64,000 nucleotides of DNA from an uncultured bacterium. GTDB taxonomy: Bacteria > Oederibacteriota > Oederibacteriia > Oederibacteriales > Oederibacteriaceae. The notes under the pieces were generated by a model. That model had not been told where the DNA came from, made no database searches, and worked only from the letters and a program-made list of their open reading frames with translations. The translations under genes were made by a program, and so were the position numbers. The stretch's first letter is position 1, and the number at the start of each line of letters is the position of its first letter. The DNA lies in NCBI GenBank assembly GCA_965112635.1, contig OZ218778.1, positions 160,001 through 224,000 of the forward strand, read 5' to 3'. Below, in pieces: positions 48,728-58,407 of the stretch.

Positions 48728-51700
48728 ATGAAAAAAGTCATTTTTGCTTCTTTCTTACTATGTTTTTCTATATTTTTAACCCCTATCACAGGCTGGAGCC
48801 AGCAGGTTACCGGCCTCGCGGTCCACGGCCCCTACAATGGCCAAACCATACTGACCTGGAACGAAGTAAACCCGCCGGCCATCCCTGCCAGCACCACCTC
48901 TGTGGCGACGGTTGACACCTATGTCACAAACCTGGCCACAGCCAATCCTTCCTATACCTATAACATTTATCACTCCGCCTCCCAGATCAACGCGGTCGCC
49001 AGCCTCACCCCTGTGGCCACAGGAGTGCGCCAGCTGACCGGTTGGAATGACGATAACTCCCTGCCCAATCAGGCAGGCGTCCCCCTACGTTTCGTCGTGG
49101 ATGAAGGTGGAACGGGCAATCTGGTTCCCCAGACCCCGGTAGCCAACGGCACAGGGGTCTATGCCTATAATCCCGCCACCGCGGGTCCAGGTTATTACGC
49201 CATCACGGTATCCGTCAACGGCGTGGAGAACACAACCATTACACTCGGACAGAACTCCCTGACCAACCCGGTGACTGAAACAGTCGGCCGGGGAGACCCG
49301 ATACTGCAGTGCACCGCTACTGAGATCAACAATCCCAATAATTTCATCGCGCAAGATACGACCTACTATTACGTCCGCTGGGAATATCCGGATAATTGCT
49401 CCTTGTTCAGCACTCCTATGAACTATGCCCTGCGAGTGCCCTTGGGAACAACTTTCCCGGCTCCTTTGGGCATCAACCTGCACTGTTGGGGTGCGAATCT
49501 TGATAACCCCTGCTATTTTCCACCCAATGCGGGCGCAGCCGGCAGCACTCCCCCGCACCTTTCCATGCTGGTGAGCTCCGATGAGTGTCCCTATGATTGG
49601 TGGACTGGTTATTACGACAAAGCCTGGACTGGGATGAACGGCGGTGGAGGAGAGACATTTCTGCCTGGAGGCAGCTCCAGTTGGGCCACCTCAGGAGTGG
49701 TGAAAGATTACTCCGAGCAAAGGATGGTATCCATCTATGACTGGATCGCGGCCAACTGGGATAACGGCAGTAAGGTGGACTTGACCCGGGGCTTTATCGC
49801 GGGCGTCTCCATGGGAGGTTCGGGCACGGCCATGCTGATGATCCGCTATCCTGGCCGTTTTGCCTGGTGCTATTCCAGCGTGGGAGTGCATATCCCGTTA
49901 TTATCCCCTGTTTTTGAGGGCTCTTACGCCGGTGTGTATGGGGACCCCACTTGGAATGTTCTGTATCAGAGCCTGACCATCGTGCCTACAATAAGGGCAT
50001 TTGACTATTTTGACGATACCCAGTATTTGGCCAGTCATCCCACCCTTCAGACAGGCTACATGTGTGTGGCCAATGGTAAGAACGACAGCGGCATCGGCTG
50101 GAACCAGGCTTGGCAGTATGTCAAAGCCATGCAAGCGGCCAAAATGCCTTTCATTTTCTATTGGACTCAAAACGGCCATCAGACCCGCGCTTGCGGTCCC
50201 TATCCCAGCGCGGGCAACAACATGGCCATTGATGTGCAAAATAATCAGAGCATCCCGGCCTTTGAAAATTGCAGTATTGATGATGCTATCGGAGATGGTG
50301 TTGAGGACGGAACTGGCGCCGGCCTCAATGGCGGGACCCATGGATATGCTACAGGAGCCATCAATGGCTATCTTTACTGGAACCCAGCCACCATTGTGGA
50401 CACGGCCGGGTCCTGGCAGATGGATATAGGTCTCGTTTCCGCGGCTCATGGCCTGACCTGGGCCGCCTCCTGCACCGTGGACATCACCCCGCGCCGTTTG
50501 CAGAGCTTCGCAGTCAGCCCGGGCCAGTGCTTTAACTGGACCAATACGGATTTGAACACCAGCACAGTCATCCAGTCCGGCTCGGCCACGGCCGACACGA
50601 ACGGCTTTATCACCCTCCCCGCGGTCCTGATCAAAAACCAGCTGCAATGGCAGAACAGGATCAATATCGTTCCATCCGGGACATGCGCGACCAAAACGAA
50701 TACGCCCACGGAGACGAACACACCAACCGCAGGGCCATCACAAACCAGTACAGCTACACCCACGATTACACTTACTGCGACACAAACTGCCACCGCTTCA
50801 ATTACCGGTACGCCGACCCCGACGTATACGGCTGGTCCCAGCCAGACCGGAACTGCTACGGGCACCTCAACCTATACTGCCACTGCAACCTCAGCTTGTG
50901 TCCAATTCCAGGTAGCATGTAAAAGCTCAGAGGTGCCGAGTGGAAATACCAACGGCCAGCCCGTCAATCCCGCCGTCGGGCCTCATGGTACGGTCAAGAT
51001 AAGCGGTGCTGGTTCCATCACCTTTGACCCTTTTGAACCGGGAGGGAGCCCTACGGATGGGTTCTTTTGCGGGGTAGGCGGGGTCACCAACCAATCAGGA
51101 TACTGGAACTGGTCTGGAGCCCAGATAGGTACTATTTTCAGCCCTACCGGCGGAGATGTTATTTTCTATTGGAAATCCTACGCCAGTATGGCCCAGCGGA
51201 ACACAGACAACAAAACAGGGTGGAGTTTTGGAGTCACGGATGATGGAACGAGAACATTATGGCGTATTGAAGTAAGCCCTGCAGGCGGTGCTTACAACAC
51301 CATTACCTGGCAGGCTAATAGTCCTTCCTCGGGTCAATATTTTGACACCACCTATACCGTCAATGCTGGAGAAATAGCAAAATTCAGATTATCATGGACC
51401 GCCACAACGCAATCACTCTATATAAACGATATATTGATACAATCCGGCGCCACCACTGCCTACACTCCCAGTTGGGGAGCATCGTCACAGTTTAATATCG
51501 GAGCGTCAGCGGGTGACAATGGTTTTTCGGGCTGGAAAGCCAGCAAAGATACTATTGCCGACCTCCAGGTCAATGCCACTTGCGCGGGAAACACCAACAC
51601 CCCAACTGTTACGGCCACTTTGACCGGAACAGCCAGCCCGACAGCTTCTCCCACCCTGACCTACACCACCGGCCCCAGTCAGACTGCCACCAATACCATG

Positions 51701-52558
51701 ACCACCAGTTACACCGGCACCACGACCTATACCGCCACGGTCACGGCATCGCCTAGCAGCACCAGCACCAGGACTTTCACCGGCACAGTCACAGTGACCC
51801 CTTCTCTGACCTTGACCCCTAGTTCTACAAATACCATCACCCAGACCCCGACTTCCAGCACAACCGCAACGGTCACTCAGACCAGTACGCAGACCCTCTC
51901 GCCCAGCCAGACTTTTACAGCTTCAGCCACTCCCACTCGGACTGATACGGCAACCCAAACCATGACTTCTTCTCAGACCCTGACCTCCAGCCAGACCTAT
52001 ACCATCACCCAGACTTTTACTTCTACCGCGACCCCCAGCCAAACCTATACTTTTACCCAGACCGCCACCTTTACTCAGACCTCGACTCCCAGTCAAACCT
52101 TGACTCCTTCTTACACCTCTACCCCTTCCAACACGGTAACCCCTAGCCTCACCCTGACCTCCAGCATGACTTTCACCAATTCACCCACTTTCACTCCTAC
52201 CGCCAGCGCTCCTCTCTGGATCGCTTCCCATGTCCCCTACCCCAACCCTGTGAGGGATAATAATGGAACAAAGCTCTACATCAAAATGACCGATGTACCT
52301 AACCGCATATCCGTCAGGATTTACACTACCTCGATGCGTTTGATTTGGGATATTTCAGTAGAAAACCCGGCACTACAGATCGAGTATAACAACGAGGTCG
52401 CCTATTTCACCTACACCCTACCCTACAGCTTGACGGACAACCACAACGTGCCTCTGGCTAATGGTTTGTATTACTATTCCATCACGGCCAATAATATGAC
52501 CAGCTCCACCAATAGCCGCCAGGCCAGGGTCATGGGTAAATTGGCTGTTTTGAAGTGA
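48728..52558 (+). CDS. Large secreted alpha/beta-hydrolase + LamG-like module + Thr-rich linker + T9SS-like CTD (subtype c)
   Basis: Signal peptide; GVSMGG nucleophile elbow, GKND, NGH; PYPNP...LANGLYYY CTD. Confidence 0.85.
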   Translation: MKKVIFASFLLCFSIFLTPITGWSQQVTGLAVHGPYNGQTILTWNEVNPPAIPASTTSVATVDTYVTNLATANPSYTYNIYHSASQINAVASLTPVATGVRQLTGWNDDNSLPNQAGVPLRFVVDEGGTGNLVPQTPVANGTGVYAYNPATAGPGYYAITVSVNGVENTTITLGQNSLTNPVTETVGRGDPILQCTATEINNPNNFIAQDTTYYYVRWEYPDNCSLFSTPMNYALRVPLGTTFPAPLGINLHCWGANLDNPCYFPPNAGAAGSTPPHLSMLVSSDECPYDWWTGYYDKAWTGMNGGGGETFLPGGSSSWATSGVVKDYSEQRMVSIYDWIAANWDNGSKVDLTRGFIAGVSMGGSGTAMLMIRYPGRFAWCYSSVGVHIPLLSPVFEGSYAGVYGDPTWNVLYQSLTIVPTIRAFDYFDDTQYLASHPTLQTGYMCVANGKNDSGIGWNQAWQYVKAMQAAKMPFIFYWTQNGHQTRACGPYPSAGNNMAIDVQNNQSIPAFENCSIDDAIGDGVEDGTGAGLNGGTHGYATGAINGYLYWNPATIVDTAGSWQMDIGLVSAAHGLTWAASCTVDITPRRLQSFAVSPGQCFNWTNTDLNTSTVIQSGSATADTNGFITLPAVLIKNQLQWQNRINIVPSGTCATKTNTPTETNTPTAGPSQTSTATPTITLTATQTATASITGTPTPTYTAGPSQTGTATGTSTYTATATSACVQFQVACKSSEVPSGNTNGQPVNPAVGPHGTVKISGAGSITFDPFEPGGSPTDGFFCGVGGVTNQSGYWNWSGAQIGTIFSPTGGDVIFYWKSYASMAQRNTDNKTGWSFGVTDDGTRTLWRIEVSPAGGAYNTITWQANSPSSGQYFDTTYTVNAGEIAKFRLSWTATTQSLYINDILIQSGATTAYTPSWGASSQFNIGASAGDNGFSGWKASKDTIADLQVNATCAGNTNTPTVTATLTGTASPTASPTLTYTTGPSQTATNTMTTSYTGTTTYTATVTASPSSTSTRTFTGTVTVTPSLTLTPSSTNTITQTPTSSTTATVTQTSTQTLSPSQTFTASATPTRTDTATQTMTSSQTLTSSQTYTITQTFTSTATPSQTYTFTQTATFTQTSTPSQTLTPSYTSTPSNTVTPSLTLTSSMTFTNSPTFTPTASAPLWIASHVPYPNPVRDNNGTKLYIKMTDVPNRISVRIYTTSMRLIWDISVENPALQIEYNNEVAYFTYTLPYSLTDNHNVPLANGLYYYSITANNMTSSTNSRQARVMGKLAVLK

Positions 52559-52587
52559 TGAACTTTAAACTCAACTAGACAAACCGT

Positions 52588-52771
52588 ACAACACCTGGTG
52601 ACAAAGTCGCGGCCAAGCAAAAATTGGCCAGAGAGCCGAACAGGGGGTTATAAAACAAAATAAAGAACCAGCGATAAAGCCGTCCTGAGGTGTAAACCCG
52701 GGTGGGAGAGCTAACCGTCCTACAGAAAGCTTTGGGGATACAGGGGCATACCGAAAGGTTCTTTTTTTGTT
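52588..52771 (+). ncRNA. Candidate cis-regulatory structured RNA leader, copy 1 (unassigned)
   Basis: Conserved with 55294-55479; stems are kept despite different loop and stem sequences; ends 8 nt before the ATG. Confidence 0.65.
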
Positions 52772-52779
52772 GAAGAAAT

Positions 52780-55163
52780 ATGATAAAAAGTAAAAACAGA
52801 ATATTAGTACTGGTCCTGGTTAGTTTGTTAGAGTTGGGCCTGAGCAAGCCAAGCCTGGCCAAGGTGCTGCTCCAGCAAAGCGATTTCACTTACTTAGGGT
52901 CGTTCAAATGCCCTGATTCGATCGGGTGCTCCAGCGACTCCTCGTTCAGCTATGGAGGGCTGACCCACCGCTACTTGAATGGAAATCTTCAGTTCTTTCT
53001 TTTGGGTCACACTGGCGCTTGCACGCCTTGTTATGAGGTAAATTATCCGGGCGTGTCCGCCGCCTCCCCCCCACCGCTGCTGTGGTCAGATGCTGGGGAG
53101 ATATCTATCACGGACATAAACTCCTCTACGACCAGAACCAGCCCGGCAATCCCACTCCTTATGATTCATGCTCCAACCCCCAGCCAAGCCAAACCGTCGT
53201 TGTCTATGGGTTGTTTTGGGATCCCACCCTGCAGAGGCTTTATTGGTCTTACGGCAACAACTACAACACCACCTGGCCTAGTGACCCGTGTATGGGCTAC
53301 TCCACGCTTAATGATGCTAACGGCACCTCCCAGGGGTTTGGACCCTGGGCGACCGGAGATACGCAGAAGATGTGCCAGGGGGGATTCACCCGTATTCCCT
53401 CGTGGTTCGCCTCTCAATACACAGGAGGCAAGAGTTTGGGGGTAGGATTCGGGGGTTATTTTTCCGTCTGTTCCAGCGCCAGCCTGGGCCCTTATCTGTG
53501 TGCTGTCGCAGACCCCACCACGGAGCCCCCTGTCACCGTGCCCAATCCAAGCCCGGCTCCCCTGCCCCATCTTGATTTGGTGGGATACCCCCACAACCCC
53601 ACCCCCTACACGCAACCGATGCCCTGCCAACGTGACATTGATTATTCCGGCGGGTTTGACGGCTGGCTTCCGCAGGGAGGAGTTGGATATTGGCAATGGA
53701 CGGATACGCTCTGGCAGAGTGGAATATGGGTGGACACCACCAACAAGACGGGGATGCTCTACTTTCCAACGATGGGTGACGGTTTTGTACATTACTGCAA
53801 TGCCGGCATAAACTCCGAACGCGGTTCACACTACTGTTTTGTCTACGATCCCGCTGACCTGGCCACTGTGGCCCAGGGCGCCAACATGTGGTCCATCCAG
53901 CCGAAGGACACCTGGAAAATGCACTATCCTGATGTGAACTATTCCACCATCAATCTTACGACGACCTGCTTTGCGGGAACAGGGTGTCCGGGCCAGTGCT
54001 GCCCCTCTACTTTTACCACTCCAGCCATACCGGATCCCCAAGGTTTTTTGACGTGTTGGGGTGCCGGTCAAAGCCCGTCCCATGTAGTGGCAGGAGTTGA
54101 TTTTGATTCGGCCACCAACACCCTGTACCTGGAGATTTTGGACGTGGATAAAATCGGATGCTGTTCTTTTCCGCCCCGCATCTATGCCTATCAGGTCTCT
54201 GATACCGTGGGAACACCGACAGCGACAGCCACCCAGACTTATTCTGCCACTTCCACGCAAACACCTGTTCCCAGTCTGACCGCCACGACCACAGCCAGCC
54301 TGACCTATACACGGACCTCCAGCCAGACGCCTTCAGCCAGTCCGACCTTTATGCCCTCTTTGACTTCCACACAAACCCCGTCTCCAAGCCTAACTTACAC
54401 CAGGACCTATTCTTTTACCCAGTCCCCTACCTTTTCCCAGACCTTGACTGCCAGCCAGACCTCTTCTCCAAGTTTAACTTCCACCAGGACCTATACTTTT
54501 ACTCAGTCTCCTACTTTTTCCCAGACCTTGACCTCTAGCCAAACCTCCTCTCCAAGTTTAACCTCCACTGGGTCCTATACTTTTACCCCGTCCCCCACTT
54601 TTTCCCAGACCTTGACTCCGAGCCAAACCTCCACCTCCAGCCTGACCGCCACGAAATCTTATACCTCTACCCAGACAGCCACCCCTACCGTGACCCCGAC
54701 TTCCAGCAACACCTACACCCCCTCCCTCACCACGACCCCTTCTTTTACGATGACCCCGAGCATGACCCTGACCTCCAGCCAAACCTTCACCAGCTCGCCC
54801 ACCTGCTCGCCCACGGCCAGCGAATCCCTTTGGATCGCCAGCCATGCACCCTATCCCAACCCCCTCCGCCAAGGTAATCAAGTCTCGGTTTATATGCTCA
54901 TGACCGATGTGCCCGATCGGCTGTCCCTCAAGGTCTACACCGTTTCCATGAGGCTCATCCGCTACATCACGATGGGGGATCCCCGGCATTCTCCAGACCC
55001 TTTAATTGTCTATGACGGCAATGTGGCCCGTTATGCCTACACGGTCGGCATCGACCTGGCCAAACCTAACCTTGTGGCAAACGGCCTTTATTACTATTCG
55101 ATCCAGGCAACTAAAGGGGATAGACAGGCTAAGGTTTTTGGGAAGTTTGTGATCATTAAATAA
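52780..55163 (+). CDS. Secreted Cys-rich protein, Thr-rich linker, T9SS-like CTD (subtype c), frameshifted at poly-C
   Basis: ORFs 52780-53445 and 53082-55163 together align to paralog 55491-58229. One extra C in the C7 run (53066-53072) gives SPPTAAVVRCWGDIY. Confidence 0.8.
54381..54632 (+). repeat. 3 x 84-bp tandem repeat (28-aa unit) in the Thr-rich linker
   Basis: tctccaag at 54381, 54465, 54549; unit SPSLTxTxxYxFTxSPTFSQTLTxSQTS. Confidence 0.85.
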
Positions 55164-55196
55164 CCCGCCTTCTTGTGTGCTATAATCCCAAAAATA

Positions 55197-55224
55197 GGAA
55201 CTTTTACTGTTAATAATTGTCTAA
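55197..55224 (+). promoter_or_regulatory. ECF (sigmaE-like) promoter
   Basis: GGAACTT-N15-GTCTAA; same spacing at 62895-62922. Confidence 0.55.
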
Positions 55225-55293
55225 TTTTCAGCCTTTTAGGGAGGTAGAAAAAGTTTTGCCGTAATTATTCGTCTAACGCAGTGAGTATACTGC

Positions 55294-55479
55294 ACAACAC
55301 CTGGTGACAAAGTCGTGGCCAAGTTCCACTTGGCCAGAGAGCCGAACAGGGGGTTATAAGACAAAATTAAGAACAAGCGAAAAGCCGGTCCGTGGTGTAA
55401 ACCCGGGTGGGAGAGCTAACCGTCCTTTCCCTGTCAGGGGAAAGGATACAGGAGCATACCGAAAGGTTCTTTTTTTGTT
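55294..55479 (+). ncRNA. Candidate cis-regulatory structured RNA leader, copy 2 (unassigned)
   Basis: Homologous to 52588-52771; ends 11 nt before the ATG. Confidence 0.65.
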
Positions 55480-55490
55480 TTTAGAACAAC

Positions 55491-58229
55491 ATGAGCAAGC
55501 AAAGAGTCAATTCGGTCCTGCTCCTCCTAGGCCTGATGGTATTTAGTTTAACCTGCCCATCCCTGGCCAAAGTCATGTACCAGCCCGGAGATTTCACCTA
55601 CCTGGGGTCGTTCAGGATACCAGACTCTCTCGGCTGTACGGACGGATGGCCTTCGTCGTTCAGTTACGGAGGCCTTGCCCACCGCTATGTAAACGGCAAT
55701 CTCCAGTTCTTTCTTTTGGGCCACACCTACGGACCTCCGGATTGCTATGAAATAAATTATCCGGGTGTGTCCCTGGCCGCCCCTCCTATGTCTACCGTTT
55801 TAACCTGCTGGGGAGACATCTACCACGGACATAAGCTCCAGTACAGCGGGCCTGCCGGTAATCCGACCCCAGTGGATACCGTTCCCGGAGGATGCGTTTC
55901 TTACGGCCTGATGTGGGATCCAACCTCGCAAAGGCTTTATTGGTCCTACGGAAATAGTTACAACACGACCTACCAAAACGACCCCAATATGGGCTACTCG
56001 ACCTTCGACGATGTGCACGGCACTTCAGCAGGGTTCGGGCCCTGGGCCACAGGCGACGGGTGTAAGTGCGTCCAGGGAGGTTTTACCCAGATCCCGTCTT
56101 GGTTTGCCACCGCCTACACCGGCGGTAAAACTCTGGGGGTGGGGTTTGGGGGCTATTTTTCCATCGTGGACGTCGGGTCCACTAGCCTGGGCCCGGCGTT
56201 GTGCGCCATCGCGCCTCCCACCGCCGAGCAGCCCGTGACCGGGGCCGATCCCACTCCGCCGCTCCTGCCCTACGTGGACCTGCTCGGTTACCCTTACACC
56301 GGCAATTGCCCGCCGCCCACAGCGGCCTATGACCGCTGCCACCGGGACACCAATTACACCGATGAACTCGACTGCTGGCTGCCCTTTAACGGCACGGGCT
56401 ACTGGACCTGGCTGGACACCCTGTACCAATCCGGGATCTGGTTGGATACGCCCAACAAAAGCGGACTACTCTATTTCACCACTCTGGGGGACGGCGGGAT
56501 GTGCTACGAATGCGCCCTGACCGGCGGTGGGGCTGAACCAGGCTGCGAAAAAGGATCGCATTGGTGGCTTGAATACGACCCTAACGACCTGGCCACGGTT
56601 GCCCAGGGCGCCCACGAATGGTCCGTCCAGCCTAAAATGGCCTGGCAGGTGCAGTATCCTGACGTGCCCTACCCTGGCGGTTATTTAGCCGGATGGGGTG
56701 GAACCGCCCCCTACCAGCCAGCCGGGATCGATTTTGATCCGACCACGAGCACTTTGTATATAGAGGTCTTGGGCGTGGATAGGATAGGTTGTTGTTCCTA
56801 TCCTCCCCGCATCTATGCTTACGCGGTTTCTGATGTGGTGAATCCAACGGCGACGCCGACGCAGACAGCCACTCCGACCCAGACTTTGACGCCCTGGATC
56901 GCTGGTCCAAACTGCAGCACTCCTACCCTGGTGAACCAGGATGTGGGCCTTCCCTACCCGCAGGGAAGCTCCAGTTTGAGCAGCGGCACCTATACGGTCA
57001 ACGGCGGAGGAGAAATGGGGGGCAATCTTGACTCGTTCCAGTTCGATTATATCTATGTGCTGGGGGATGGAACCATGACCGTGCGGGTGGCGAGCCAGCA
57101 GAACACCAACGCCAATGCCATCGCCGGGCTCATGATACGCAACGACCTCTCGCCTAACTCTATGAACATGACCATAGGGCTCCAGCCCGGCGGCACCGGC
57201 GCCACGATGATGTACCGGTCGTCCTATGGAGGAACCGAGGCCGTGGGAGGCAACACGGCGAGCCCGGCGGCCCCGTATTGGGTCAGGCTGGTGAGAAGCG
57301 GCAATAGTTTCAGCGCCTATATATCCCCGGACGGCAACACCTGGACACAGGAAGGTTCCACCGTGACCCTAGGCATCAACACTTACGCCTATTGGGGACT
57401 GGTCGTGAACAGCGCTGTCGTCGCCGGTGTCAATAGTGTGCTGAACACTTCCACCTTTGACAACCTGTGCATCCCCTGGGGACCCTCCACACCGACCTTT
57501 ACGATGACGGCGACGCCAATGTTTACAGCGACCAGCACTTGGACCCCGACCCCCTCCAAAACGGCGACAGCCTCAGCGACTTTCTCGGCCACAGCAAGCT
57601 CTACCCAAACCCCCACCGCTACCCAGACCTTCACGGCCAGCCCGACAGCCACTCGTACGGCTACGGCGACCTATTCTCCGACTCCCAGCCAGACCTTTAC
57701 CTCCACCTTGACGAGCACCAGGACCAATACATCTACCCAGACCGCCACTTTTACCATGACCCTGACCTTCAGCAATACTTTCACGCCTTCCTGCACTATG
57801 ACCCCGTCTTACTCACTGACTCCCAGCCTTACCTTGACCTCCAGCCAGACCTTTACCAGCTCGCCCACCTGTTCACCCACAGCCAGCGAGCCTTTGTGGA
57901 TACCCTACCACGTGGCCTTTCCTAATCCTGACCGCTCTAGCAATCAGGTCACGATCTATATGCTCATGACCGATGTGCCCGACCGGTTGTCCGTGAAGAT
58001 CTATACGGTGGCCATGAGGTTGATCCGCAGCGCGTCCGCGATGGACCTCGATCAATCCTCCGTCCTCCAAGTTGTCTATGATGGCAGCGTCGCCCGCTAT
58101 TCCTATGCGGTCAGCATGGACCTTACCAAACCCGACATCGTGGCAGACGGCCTGTATTATTACTCGATCCAGGCTGATAAAGGCGGCAAGCGGGCCAGGG
58201 TCATTGGAAAACTCGTCATTATGAGGTAA
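55491..58229 (+). CDS. Secreted Cys-rich protein with DUF1349/ConA-like lectin module, Thr-rich linker, T9SS-like CTD (subtype c)
   Basis: Signal peptide; DSFQF.Y...GDG...RV...AGLMIR...PYWVRLVRSGN.F.AY.SPDG..WT; FPNP CTD. Confidence 0.85.
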   Translation: MSKQRVNSVLLLLGLMVFSLTCPSLAKVMYQPGDFTYLGSFRIPDSLGCTDGWPSSFSYGGLAHRYVNGNLQFFLLGHTYGPPDCYEINYPGVSLAAPPMSTVLTCWGDIYHGHKLQYSGPAGNPTPVDTVPGGCVSYGLMWDPTSQRLYWSYGNSYNTTYQNDPNMGYSTFDDVHGTSAGFGPWATGDGCKCVQGGFTQIPSWFATAYTGGKTLGVGFGGYFSIVDVGSTSLGPALCAIAPPTAEQPVTGADPTPPLLPYVDLLGYPYTGNCPPPTAAYDRCHRDTNYTDELDCWLPFNGTGYWTWLDTLYQSGIWLDTPNKSGLLYFTTLGDGGMCYECALTGGGAEPGCEKGSHWWLEYDPNDLATVAQGAHEWSVQPKMAWQVQYPDVPYPGGYLAGWGGTAPYQPAGIDFDPTTSTLYIEVLGVDRIGCCSYPPRIYAYAVSDVVNPTATPTQTATPTQTLTPWIAGPNCSTPTLVNQDVGLPYPQGSSSLSSGTYTVNGGGEMGGNLDSFQFDYIYVLGDGTMTVRVASQQNTNANAIAGLMIRNDLSPNSMNMTIGLQPGGTGATMMYRSSYGGTEAVGGNTASPAAPYWVRLVRSGNSFSAYISPDGNTWTQEGSTVTLGINTYAYWGLVVNSAVVAGVNSVLNTSTFDNLCIPWGPSTPTFTMTATPMFTATSTWTPTPSKTATASATFSATASSTQTPTATQTFTASPTATRTATATYSPTPSQTFTSTLTSTRTNTSTQTATFTMTLTFSNTFTPSCTMTPSYSLTPSLTLTSSQTFTSSPTCSPTASEPLWIPYHVAFPNPDRSSNQVTIYMLMTDVPDRLSVKIYTVAMRLIRSASAMDLDQSSVLQVVYDGSVARYSYAVSMDLTKPDIVADGLYYYSIQADKGGKRARVIGKLVIMR

Positions 58230-58407
58230 TTTGTTTTTCAAAGTAATAGGCTGTTGAAAAACTCTAAATAACTGCCCTCTCATTATTCCTTTAAGGACAG
58301 CTCCTTATTGTGGTAGAAACCTTATGTGACTATAATTGCCCCATTAGTAGTTTCCCCTGCTACTGTTTCTCTTTGCAGTGCTGGTATTACAAAAGAGACG
58401 GCAAAGC

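Noticed and set aside
52588-52771. Assignment as c-di-GMP-I, glycine, c-di-AMP or guanidine-I riboswitch
   Set aside because: Core motifs are absent (GGCAAA..GACGCAAA; CUCAGG; GCUGAAUCC; CUAGGGUUCCG); left unassigned
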